A stretch of DNA of 64,000 nucleotides from Felis catus (taxonomy: Eukaryota): the NCBI RefSeq assembly GCF_018350175.1, contig NC_058368.1, positions 104,348,001-104,412,000 of the forward strand. The letters are read 5' to 3'. Position numbers and translations under genes: made by a program. Under the pieces are notes generated by a model that did no database searches, was not told the origin of the DNA, and saw only the letters and a list, made by a program, of their open reading frames with translations. Within the stretch, counting starts at the first letter, position 1. Each line of letters starts with the position of its first letter. Shown one piece after another: positions 12,386 to 24,140 of the stretch.

Positions 12386-14693
12386 TAAATCCTCCTGACT
12401 CAGAGGATCACTTTGAGTGGAAACAGGATGAGTTTAACTGAAATCCATCCCTACGTACATAAAGACCACTCACCCTGACTCTACTGGTCAAACACCGTAA
12501 AGTAATTTTTTGCCACAGACACACGGTTAGAGCAGTTGCTCTGGCATTCACAGGTGTGATTTGGCTGAAGCATAAGTCACATTCAAGGGCACCCTGGAGA
12601 TTTGTGACAGTCCCTGGAGGACTTAGGCCAATAAGCCAATTAATGGGCTACAATGTGTCATAAATACCATATTTGTACCTGAGACGCTGTAATTTGGTGC
12701 TGGCATTATTTAAAACAAATGCTACACATGCTGACATCAATGGTTTGAAGTTTTCCAAAGAGGAGATGAGCCGCACAGCAGGACTAGATGGCAGCGTAAT
12801 TTCATATATTCACTCGCAACTTCAGATATAAGCAAAATGGGAATCATTTTGCTCTAATTATTTTAGATCATCCCTGTGCAGACGTGATCACAGCCAAATG
12901 GAGACTGCTTATCCGGAATATGAGAGGATGCTGCACGATTCTGTGGCATATGTGATCAATGTGAAGCCAGAGACAAAAGGAGACGAGATCAAGAGAGGAC
13001 GGAGGACAAGAAAACAGAAATTTCTAGAAGAAATTAGTAATTGACAAGCATAGTGCCCAAAATAGAAATGATTTCTGGGAGGCAATGGTCTCATACTGTG
13101 TAGTCTGTTATCAACAGGACCCCACCAGCCACCCCAGGTCCCTGAGCCCTGTTTCTTTTGGCTGTTTTGGGGCTCCTGGCCCTGCATCCAGTACAGTTGC
13201 TGGCATCTGACACCCTGTCTTCTGGCCTGCTGTGGGCCATAAGCTTCGAATAATGACTTCCAGCAGAAGGACAGGATCACAGGGCAAAAGGTGCCTGGAC
13301 AATGGACCAAATAAGAGCCCCATTTGGAATCTTGAACAAAAGCTGAGATTATGATGGATAATGTGAACAAGGATAACAAATCTCTATCTTGATCTCTGGG
13401 AACAGTGAGAGAGAGAGAGAGGGAATAGAGAGAAACCAAATTCAAAACCAGGTCGTCAAAACGGGACCACATTTAAAGATCGGTGTCCCTCCGAGGGAGT
13501 GAGGGAGGATATGAGTGCAAGAACTCTCCAGGCAGAGTGTGGTGGAGGGGTTGTAGTGAAACAGGAGGTACCTGTAGAACTGTGAACAGAAGGCACAGTC
13601 TCACCATGGCCACATACGCCTGAAATAAGCAAGAACAGTGGCACTTTGAGAAAGGGGAAGATTTCTGCCGGATGGAAGAACCGTGAAGCTGTGGAAACAG
13701 AGGAACTTTTAGAGTCACAATCCCTATAGCCCGGTGTTTTGCTGCCGAAAAGGACCCCAACTATATAGGATGGCCCAGCCAACTTTGCTGACGTGCAGTG
13801 CCTCTGAGCGGTGACTGGATCTGGAACCTCTCAGGGCTCCCTTTGAGCCAATGGCCTAAGTTCATGTGCTGATACCTCTTTATTTTTGTTTGAGATGTCC
13901 TGTCCTCAAATTTCAAAGGTATCCCCATAGCATGCAAGCAATTTAGATGGTGCTGCCCACTCCCTGTGCACATTGTCTAAGCTCTTCATGATTTTCAAGA
14001 TTTCAGGTATGTCCTTCCTGAGCCTCCTCACATCTAGATTAGAGAGTCTCCCTCTGGCTGTCCAGACCAACCCAGCCACCTGTTTTTGTCACTCCTCTGG
14101 ACTGTTTGGATCTCCTTCATTGGTTACAGAGCTCTGAATATAATGAGGCAAAAATATGCCTTGGTGGGATATGAGGGGAGGGCCCTGTTTTCCACTCGCT
14201 GGCGTCGCTTCTCTTGATTATGTTCAATGTTTATAGACCGTTTTGCTACAAATACTCACAGAGCTGTCTTCAGGGAAGACATTCTTAAAGGGGTAGGGAC
14301 AACAGTTCAAATGACAAAGGTCATGACATCAAGGACTGGCATTTATGGAAGGGCAAGCAGGAGTCCGGCTGGATGCACCAAATTGTTGTCTTGGGGGAAA
14401 ACGCTTGTCCAGCTGGGAGACATACATTTTTAGCTTGAGTGATCCTGAGACATGTGCCCCCGGTATGTCCCTATGCGGAACCAAGCCAACCATGGAAGAG
14501 CCTGAGTTAATAACTAGCTCAGTCCTGTATATATGCATAACTGAATCACTGGCTCTCCCCCTCCAGACCAGCAAATCATATCCACTCTTGGGGCACCCAC
14601 AGAATTATAAAGTAGCCTCCTCATGGAAGAGGGAGTTTGCAGCCAAGTGTTGAGAAATTTCACTTACTTTTCTTGTTAAAACATTTTACGGGT

Positions 14694-14918
14694 GGGGTGC
14701 CTGGGTGGCTCAGTTGGTTGGGCGTCTGACCTTGGTGCAGGTCATGATCTCACCGTTCCTGAGTTCGAGCCCCACGTTGGGCTCTGTGCTGACACCTCGG
14801 AGCCTGGAGCCTGTTTTGGATTCTGTGTCTCCCTCTCTGTCTCTGCCCTTCCCCCATTTGTGCTCTGTCTCTCTCTCAAAAATAAATAAACATTAAAAAA
14901 AATAAATAAAACACACAC
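14694..14918 (+). mobile_element. SINEC_Fc-type SINE
   Basis: Full length; TSD aacatttta(c/a)gggtg. Confidence 0.93.
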
Positions 14919-15644
14919 AACATTTTAAGGGTGTGGGAGACACTTGTAGGGAAACCCTACATGTTCCTTTGCAGTTTATGTAACTGTCTTTTCAGATCAG
15001 GGGTCTTTGACCAGGGCGCAGGGCTTTGGAAAACCTGTGACCCCCGCTTTGAGACTGTATTTGAGCACTAGACATCTGTGCATTTCAGAGGAGACAGTTC
15101 AAGCTTTTATCAAATTCTCAAACATATCTGAGGGTAAGAAATGCTATTCCAGAGCATTTCCTTAAATTGTCTTGAGACACTGCTTGGGTCCAGTTCAACT
15201 TTCTGAGCTTTGAAAAATTTAAGAATGTGGGCAGTAGGATTTGACTGGCTTCTGAGAAGCCGTAATTTTTCCTTAGACACTGGTTTAAAAAAAATTGCCC
15301 TAGGGCACAAAATGTGATATTTAAAAAATTAATTGTATAGTTGCAGGGCAGCAGAATCATGAAAGCGACCAAATTAAATTAATGGGCTTAAAGGAAGAAA
15401 AGGATTTATATTGAGCAAAGATGGAAAAAATTCAGACAATGTAAAAAAATCAATGTGCCATATGATTTCCATACAATAAAATATTAAAAAACGAATAGCG
15501 TTTCAGCTCATAGACTGTTATGGGGAAAAGGCAAAACTTCAAGAGGAAAAAGGACCATTGACGTCTGTGTCAATCTGCCCTTTTCCTGTCATCTGCCCTT
15601 TTCCTCCTTCCTAAAATGGCTGTATACACAAATAGAACATTAAT

Positions 15645-15690
15645 ATTTTATTTTATTTTATTTTAGAGAGTGAGTGGGAGAAAGGGGCAG

Positions 15691-15738
<48 letters not shown>

Positions 15739-15862
15739 CTTAAGTGGTCTCCATGCTCAGCATGGAGCCCAATGTGAGGTTCTATCCCCCAATCCTGGGA
15801 TCGTGACCTGAGCCAAAATCAAGAGTCAGATGCTGAACTGACTGAGCCACCTAGGGCCCCCC
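15645..15862 (-). mobile_element. CAN-SINE with long (GA)n
   Basis: TSD caaataga(a/g)ca(t/c)ta. Confidence 0.9.
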
Positions 15863-16024
15863 GCAAATAGAGCACTAGGCTCCTAGAACAGGGGTGCAGG
15901 GTAAGCACTAGTCAATGATAACGAGTAGGAATCGTATATTAAGGAGGATATCAGGAGAGAATCAAAAATACATAAAATAATAGCAAGGACGGTTAAGATA
16001 CATTTTCTATAAAGTCTGAGACTA

Positions 16025-16228
16025 GACCTTGCAAATGTTATGCTAAGTGAAGGAAGCCAATCACAGAGGACCACGTACTGTAGGGTTCCATTTCTAGGAA
16101 ATTCCCAGAATAGGCAAATCCATAGAGACATAAAATAGTTTAGTAGAATACCCTGTCACCAAATGGTACACTTTAAATGGGTGAACTGTATGGTATATGA
16201 ATTACATCTCATTAAAGCTGCTTAAAAA
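16025..16228 (+). mobile_element. Old L1M (L1MB/ME-like) 3' fragment
   Basis: atgctaagtgaaggaagccaatcac...aataggcaaatccatagagac...gtgaactgtatggtatatgaattacatctc. Confidence 0.75.
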
Positions 16229-16826
16229 GTCTGAGACCTGGAAAATTCCCTGGGTAAAAAATAATTTGAAGTGTCTTGTAGATTCCCCTAAAGAATCTTA
16301 CCATCCCGTGCGGATTTTCGTTTGTAGGCATTTCCTTTGGCCATGCCACATCTTCATCTAACTGGGTTATTTTTCAGATAGGTATCTGTCAGGTATGTTT
16401 TCCCAACAGCTGAAAATGGGTTTATTTTGGTGAATGCACGACTTCTGGGTTTCAACATGAGAGTCATAGATTTTAAAGCAGATACGTCAGTGTTTAGAAG
16501 GACATTCGAATGCTTTTATTCTCCCATCTCTCATGCCTTTCCTCCTGGTATCTCCTACTTTTCATGCAAAGATGAGGTCTTTGCAAGTAGGAAAATAGGA
16601 AGGGTGGCATGATTATCTAGGATGGTGGTTATTTCCTCTTCGTCTCGCAATTTCTGCTTTTACTGATTCTTCCCAGATAGAAGTTCTTAAATGCCTATAA
16701 ATTCTATTTTATAACATTCCTGCTGCAACCACCTGCCAGCATATTATATACACTATATTAGCCTATATTTTCCTCCAAGGCCCAAAAGATTTTGAACCTT
16801 GCCATTTATCCCAGCTTCCCGTTTCT

Positions 16827-17055
16827 TTTTTTTTTTAATTTTTTTTTCTTAATGTTTTTTTATTTATTTTTGAGACAGAGAAAGACAGAGCATGAGCAGG
16901 GAAGGGGCAGAGAGAGAGGGAGACACAGAATTGGAAGCAGGCTCCAGGCTCTGAGCCATCAGCACAGAGCCCGATGCGGGACCAAACTCACAGACCGCGA
17001 GATCATGACCTGAGCCGAAGTCGGACGCTCAACCGACTGAGCCACCCAGGCGCCC
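16827..17055 (-). mobile_element. SINEC_Fc
   Basis: TSD ccagcttcc(c/g)gtttct. Confidence 0.95.
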
Positions 17056-17129
17056 CTCCAGCTTCCGGTTTCTAATAGTGCTGCTGGAAGTGAAGTAATG
17101 ATCAAGTGATGAGTAGAAAATATTTCCTT

Positions 17130-17199
17130 TTCTTCTTTTTAAAGTTTATTTCTTTGAGAGAGAGATACAGAGCAAGCAGGGGAGGGGCAGAGAGAGAGG

Positions 17200-17251
<52 letters not shown>

Positions 17252-17378
17252 CCCAAGCAGGCTCTGCGCTGTCAGCACAGAACCCGATGCTGGGCTCGAA
17301 CGCACCAACTGTGAGATCATAACCTGAGCTGAAACCAAGAGTCGGGCTCTTAACCAACTGAGCCACTCAGGTACACCT
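17130..17378 (-). mobile_element. CAN-SINE with long (GA)n
   Basis: Typical head, (GA)n tract and tail. Confidence 0.92.
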
Positions 17379-18279
17379 CCTTTCCTTCTTTTAATCTGAG
17401 CTCACTCTTCACAAACACATCTTACACATTTTCATAAATGGCACATCTAAGAATTAAACCCATTTTTCAGTAAACTAAAAGCTTCAGTAGAGTTTTCTCT
17501 CTCTCTCACATTATGCATATACAGTCCTAACTTTCCTCTCACATATCCGTCGCAGTGTAATTCTATCCAACTCTGTAATAATGGATTGCAAAGAAAAGTT
17601 TTATCAGACAATATCACAGGGTCCTATCTGAAGCATACAGGCAGGCTGTTGATGAGGCAGAGAAATACACAGTTAGTGAAAAATAAAGGAGGGAAGCCAA
17701 GCTACAGGACCTGACAGGGTCTTTCTTATCTTTCCCCAAATCTGCAGCACCTGTCAGGGAAGGGAAGCAAAGAATTGAGGCAATTATACAAATAATTCAA
17801 GAGAAAAGCCGGTGTTTTCCTTCATGAGTTGCAAAACCAGTTTTGCCAACCCGAAAGATCTAGATGACAGTCTTTAAAGACATTTATCTCACAAATGTGG
17901 GCGACCACATTAAGAGTGATTAACCTTCACAACTGTTCATAAAAGGAGGGAAAAGGTGAACAATACTGTGTTCACCCGGCTTTCTAATGACATCTCTCTT
18001 AGGAGAAATCTCAGAAGAAATTGGTGACATAATAACTCAGTAAAACGAAGACTCAAATGTTGAAAAGGAGTAACCAGACGAGAAGAAACAAAGAAGGGGT
18101 GTGAAGTCCTTGGAAAGGAAGAAACTTTTCTAGCTCCTAACGGGTTGCTGTACCTAAGAGCTTAGACTACATCAGACTAGGGCAGAAAGAGGCGCAAAGA
18201 AGGAATGCTATTCCACAATCCCGGCTCTCAATCAGAACCAGCCCAAGTCTGTTCTTCTGCTTGGTTTTGCTTTAAAATA

Positions 18280-18485
18280 TTTAAAAAAATATTTATTTAT
18301 TTTTGAGAGAGATAGAGCGCAAGTGGGGGAAGGGTACAGAGAGAGAGGGAGACACAGAATCTGAAGCAGGCTTCAGGCTCTGAGCTGATAGCACAGAGCC
18401 CAACGTAGCGCTTGAACCCATAACTGTTAGATCATGACCTGAGCCAAAGTCGGAGGCTTAACTGACCGAGCCACCCAGGCGCCCC
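18280..18485 (-). mobile_element. SINEC_Fc-type SINE
   Basis: Ends gccacccaggcgcccc. Confidence 0.92.
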
Positions 18486-18499
18486 TGTGTGTGTGTTTT

Positions 18500-18795
18500 T
18501 AATAGACTTTATTTTTTAGGGCAATTTTAGGTTCATAGCAAAATTGAGTTCCCGTATGCCTCCTGTCCTCCCAACATACACTGCCTCCCCCATTATCAAC
18601 ATCCCCACCTGAGTGGTGCATTTGTTAAAGTCAGTAACCTACATGGACACACTGTTATGGCCTAGAGTCGTCCTTTACATTAGGGTTCATTCTTAGTATT
18701 GTTCATTTTATGGGTCTGCACAAATGCAAGATGACACTCACCCACCATTGTTCAGGGAAGGTTGACTGCCTTAAAAATCCTGTGTTCATCCTTCC
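18500..18795 (-). mobile_element. Old L1M (L1MC-like) 3' end fragment
   Basis: aatagactttattttttagggcaattttaggttcatagcaaaattgag...cattatcaacatccccacctgagtggtgcatttgtt. Confidence 0.7.
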
Positions 18796-19097
18796 CACCC
18801 TGTAACCGCTTTAGGTTTAATAGACAAATTCAGTGTCAAGAGGAGATCACAGCTTTAATCATCCATACAGTTAGTCTCTTAGAAAGGCTGGCAATTGGGA
18901 AGAAGCCCTTGGCTCTGTGTGTGCTTGTGCATATGCATGTCAACGAACAAGTGAGAGGGAGTACTTTTCCAGCTGAGACTGAAGAATCCAGGCATGGTGG
19001 GGACAGCACAGATGAGGGGCTGTGGAGATCTAGATTCTTCTGCCTTCTCCACTTACTGGCCCTGTGGCTGAGAGTGTTTAAGATCTCTGAAGAGGGA

Positions 19098-19312
19098 GGG
19101 GTACCTGGGTGGCTCAATTGGTTAAGTGTCTGACTTCGGCTCAGGTCATGATCTCCTGGTTTGTGCGTTCGAGCCCTGCGTCGGGCTCTGTGCTGACAGC
19201 TCAGAACCTGGAGCCTGCTTCGGATGCTGTGTCTCCCTCTGTCTCTGCCCCTTGCCTGCTTGCACTCTGTCTCTCTTTCTCAAAAATAAATAAACATTAA
19301 GGAAAAAAAAAA
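19098..19312 (+). mobile_element. SINEC_Fc-type SINE
   Basis: TSD aagatctc..aagag. Confidence 0.93.
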
Positions 19313-21536
19313 GATCTCCTAAGAGGGACCTAACATCTCAGAGTCTCAGTTTCTTTACCTACAAAATGGGTTACTATCTGTTACAGGGATCGTACGATGC
19401 GGACTTTGAAATAAGAAGGGTATAGAAACGGTATGGCATAGCATAGTTCCCTTTCCCTTAAAAAAGGGGAAATAATTTAATAAGAAGAAAACTCTGGGAG
19501 GTGGACACCGTCGGGACAGAAACAGGTGGACTCAAAGTGAAATCAACTAATGCCCCTGTATTTGGGTGTCACGTCAAGATCTGTGCCTATTCTGAAAAAA
19601 ACACAAAGTTTTTGGTGACAACAGGCAGAGAGCAGGCTATCACTCTGAATGAACAGCCACTGATCTCCCACTTCCTAACAGAAGACCCTTCTCCACTTTG
19701 CTCATTCGAGTACAATTGTCCATCAGGCAGCATTTAACTATAATCATGTACCGCTTGCGATATTTCACACCATTATTTAATAATGCGTATTCTTTCCTTG
19801 GAGTTATTGACACTTAAAACTGAAGAGACCAGAGCAGGGGCTGGCAGGAGCCCTCGGCAGGGGGGCTGTGTGCATATAGTCTAACTCTGCATCTGAAACC
19901 TGGGCCAGGGGGTACGCAATCAATGTCTCCTTTCCGTTCAGGCTGGTGCCTCTTACTCCCGCCTGGGAGCTAAATGCGCCTTGTTATTTTGGCAGACCTT
20001 AGGGAGAGCTGATTACCACCAGCTTTAGTCATTCAATGACGTCGCGTTGCTCCTCTCTCAGACTCCCCTTTACGCAGCTCTCCTGCCGGCTGCCCCGGGA
20101 CATTTTCACCTCCACCCACCACCACTCTGAACTTCTAATCATGTGCCTTTGAAAGAAGCGGACCTCTCAGTGGCCAACGCTGGCTGGGCTAGTTGTTCTC
20201 ACGTTTGGAGTTAGCTAAAAGGGTCCAGAATCTCACGGGCTTATCAGTCTCCTTTTGTTTACTTCCTCTTATTCTTGGCCCAGATGTGTTTAAGGAAAAC
20301 CTGGCTCCTTTTTCTCCTGTGTTTGAGAATGCCTAAGGGGGAATTGGTGAAGACATTTTCTCTCTGCACCTCCCCCCCTCGGCCCCCCCCCCCCGCCCCC
20401 TGCAAAGAAGCTGTTCCTTCAAAAGGTGTGTTGCTCTCAAAACGCTAAGGTTTGTTAATTCTAGGTGGTGGAGACACTCCTGTTTGACACGTTATTCTTT
20501 GTCCTCCTTTGGATTTTTTTTTTTAAAACACAGAATTAAAACTAAAAAGTTGGGCGAAGCAACTCTTGGTGTTTTGCCTCTTTCTGTCTCGGCTTCTCGA
20601 GGTCCTCAGTGAGCCAGTGCAAGGTAGCAGGGCTGGACCGACAGAGGTCCTCTTGCGAACATGGATGCTAATTTGTATTTCAAACCGAGTTCGCCGCGAG
20701 GATCAGTACAATTTAAAATAATAGAATCTGGTCATGTAATTCTTTTTATGCATGGGGCTGGATTTTCCCTCCAAATTAATCCTGTACCAGCAGTGGATGG
20801 GCTGAAAACACAGGCACCAAGCACTTAGCTCACTTCCATCTGGCACGGCCATGTGAACACTTCGGTTGGCTTGCTTTTTTAATGAAGTGATTTCTAATGA
20901 AGCAAGCTGTGAATTTAATAGCTACCTTAAAACAGCTTCTTTGCAACTAAGCTTTAAGTAAAGAAGCAACTGCCAAATTAGCCACCGACACCAAGAGGAA
21001 AGTTCAAGACAGAACAGCCACAAGGTGGAGGATTTCAGGCTGAGGTCATCTGGGATGTCATCTCAACTGCTGGCACCAGAGATGGTGTCCCAAGCCTGTG
21101 TGCAGGCTGGTGGCCCATCCAGAGACTGGTTAAGGAAGCGCCTGGCCAATGCTAACGGTGGCTGCAGGGGTAAGGTATCTGAACTGTTGTTATCCTGACC
21201 CCTCCCAGGCTGCTACACCGTCTCTCCGTGGTTCATTTGCCATGTGATTCTGAACCAGCCACTTCAGCTCACTTACAATGTGGGCACAACAGAAGGGATA
21301 TCCTTGGGGTCGGTCTCTACTACCCAGAAAGAAAGATGCTGGTAGAAAAAAATGCACACAGAAAACTCTTAAAGGTGGGAGAAATCACCCAGTTTCGCAA
21401 TCCAAGGTAAATGGCAGGCAGATAATGCAAGGGGGCGAAGAGGGCCGGGTGGGTACGAGCAAGAGGTAAGGCCCGGGTGAACTGCCATCACTCATCAGAT
21501 CTAGGGATATTCAAATTCCTTTATAAAAAAGGTGTA

Positions 21537-21759
21537 GGAGCGCCTGGGTGGCTCAGGCGGTTAAGCAAGACTTGGTTTTGGCTCGGGTCATGGTCTCGCG
21601 GTTTTGTGGGTTCAGTCCCCACATTGGGCTCTGTGCTCCTGGCGTAGAGCCTACTTGGGATTCTCTCTCTTCTCCCTCTCTGCCCCTCCCCCGATCATGC
21701 TGTTTCTGTCTCTCTTTATATAAATAAAGAAACCCCAAAAAGATTCTTTAAAAAAAAAA
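21537..21759 (+). mobile_element. CAN-SINE
   Basis: Head ggagcgcctgggtggctcagg; tail AATAAA...TCTTT followed by polyA. Confidence 0.92.
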
Positions 21760-22228
21760 GTGTTGATTGACAGCACACCTGAGCAAGCCAGTGTGTGAGC
21801 TCTGCTTTTCTTGACTGGGGAGGAAGCTAAAGCATAAAGACGAGCCGTGACTTGTCCAAGGTCTCCCTGCACATCGTGAGTGGCCAGCCCAACATGGGTT
21901 ACAGAGACGGGACATTAAGCCCCGCTTGGCAAGGTCACTGGCATGGATTTCTCAGTGGGAGGGCCTCCGCTCTGTTGTCCACAACATATACACAGGTTCC
22001 TCAACACAGTCCCCTTTCTGGTAACGGATACTTCCTTGTCTTTCGCGCTAGGGGTCCTTCCTCTGCTTTGTGAGGCCTTAGCCTCATCTGGAGCGGTTGA
22101 GAGAGTTGCTGCACATTAGGAGGGGCCCAGTAAGCTGGGGGGCAGAGCAGGGGGAACCCACGCTCACCTGTCCTGAGCTCAGGTGGTGGCATTAGCCTGG
22201 GAGTGAGTGTGAGAAGTGGGAACTTCTT

Positions 22229-22691
22229 GGGACGCCTGGGTGGCTCAGTCAGTTAAGCGTCTGACTCTGGGTTTCGGCTCAGGTCATGATCTCTCACAGT
22301 CGGTGAGTTCAAGCTCCAGGCACCTGACAGTATGGAGCCTGCTTGGGGTTCTCTCTCTCCCTCTCTTTCTGCCCCTCCTCTACTCGTTCTTGCTGTCTCT
22401 CTCAAAATGAATAAACTTTTTTTTTTTTAAAGCAGTCTCCATTCTAATTTTTTTTTTTTAACATTTATTTATTTTTGGAAGACAGAGACAGGGTGTGAGC
22501 CAGGGAGGGGCAGAGACAGAGGGAGACACAGAATCTGAAGCAGGCTCTAGGCTCTGAGCTGTCAGCACAGAGCCTGAGACGGGGCTCAAACTCACAAACC
22601 GTGAGATCATGACCCGAGCCGAAGTCAGACGCTTAACCGACTGAGCCACCCAGGCGCCCCTCAAAATGAATACACTTAAAAAAACAAAAAA
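22229..22691 (+). mobile_element. CAN-SINE (host) whose tail is interrupted by an inverted SINE
   Basis: Outer TSD agaagtgggaac at 22212-22223 and 22692-22703. Confidence 0.9.
22419..22660 (-). mobile_element. SINEC_Fc nested in the tail of the previous SINE
   Basis: Inner TSD tcaaaatgaata(a/c)actt at 22402-22418 and 22661-22677. Confidence 0.93.
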
Positions 22692-23669
22692 AGAAGTGGG
22701 AACCTCTGTGGTTTCAACTGAAGTCCTTCCCTCCCACTTTACAGATGCCAGCATATGACCTTGTCATCCATTCTGTCCCTCCAGAACAGGACACAGAGTA
22801 GGAGAGAGAAGTCTGAGGGCAGTGAATGAGACCGGCTCACTTCTTCCTCGCCGAGGGATTGTGACCTAATGCAACCATGGTAAATCTATGTCTTCCTCTA
22901 TCCAAGGGTCAATATGGGCTTTTCTCCCCAAGACTATGGTGCAGTGTTTGTACAGTGCTTGGATTCCTAAAAGCTTGGCAGGGGCTCACCGGGCCTGAAT
23001 TTTTCCCATTCAGCCTGATCCACCCTACTCCCGACCCTTTCTAACTTGGGCCAGCACTCTCCTGCTGAGTCCTGGAGTGCATGTTCTCCCCTCGCTGGCC
23101 ACCTGGTCACCATGCACACAGGGCTGCAATCGCCTGTCCTTCCTCAAAACCCGATTTAGGACCAACGACTGAGCGGGAGCCAGGATTGGTCAGAATCTTC
23201 TCACGTGCCCTGTAGCAAAGCTGTGTCACTAGCGTGTCTTGTGTAAGATCTTGTCCTGCTGTGTCCAACTTGAGCCGTAAAGACGTGGTGTCACTTTCTT
23301 TGATTTACAACCATAGGCCGAAAGTATGAAAAAAGTTTGCAAGTGGGGGGAGGGGAGGTTCTCCTTTCTCGCATTTATGTAATGAGCAGACACCTCCTGA
23401 CTGCCTATCATGTATAGCGATCATGGTCCAGCCACCTCCCTTACCAGGCTGCGCTCACGAATTGGCATGAAGAGGGGAGCATGCCTGCCTGCCTTCAAGG
23501 GATGGATTAGGTCGTACGCGTGCCTGGGAAGCGCCTTTAATCCCTTTATATCTCCTATGGTGTCATTCCCTAATTACCCCAATGCTAAAAAGGTTTGCTA
23601 ATGAATATGAACACTCAGAAACCAAAAGCTCATCCATTCAATACATAGATGTATCGAAAATTGCCAAGC

Positions 23670-23897
23670 GGGGCGCCTGGGTGGCGCAGTCGGTCAAGCG
23701 TCCGACTTCAGCCAGGTCACGATCTCGCAGTCCGTGAGTTCGAGCCCCGCGTCAGGCTCTGGGCTGATGATGGCTCGGAGCCTGGAGCCTGTTTCCGATT
23801 CTGTGTCTCCCTCTCTCTCTGCCCCTCCCCCGTTCATGCTCTGTCTCTGTCCCAAAAATAAATAAACGTTGAAAAAAAAAAAAAAAGAAAAGAAAGA
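23670..23897 (+). mobile_element. Young SINEC_Fc
   Basis: ggggcgcctgggtggcgcagtcgg head; TSD gaaaat(t/c)gccaagc. Confidence 0.95.
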
Positions 23898-24099
23898 AAA
23901 TCGCCAAGCAATGTCACTGCCTAAGTCTGATACATCCATATTCAGAGGGTTTGAGGGAAGTCTTAAATCTAGTTAAATAGCAAATGCCAAGGTACAAAGT
24001 GGTTTCTCCCCAGCAGTCCAACTCTGCTTCCTGCTGTGTAGCTGGAGATTATACTGAATCCAGGGCACTCTTTAGAAGCATTTTCCTCGAATGACTTAA

Positions 24100-24104
24100 A
24101 TATA

Positions 24105-24139
<35 letters not shown>

Positions 24140-24140
24140 G
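24100..24140. repeat. (TG)n(TA)n microsatellite
   Basis: Direct inspection. Confidence 0.9.

Noticed and set aside
12909..14653. Cluster of 70-187 aa ORFs as a retrogene or nested gene
   Set aside because: No recognisable domain, polyA/TSD or splice structure; consistent with chance ORFs.
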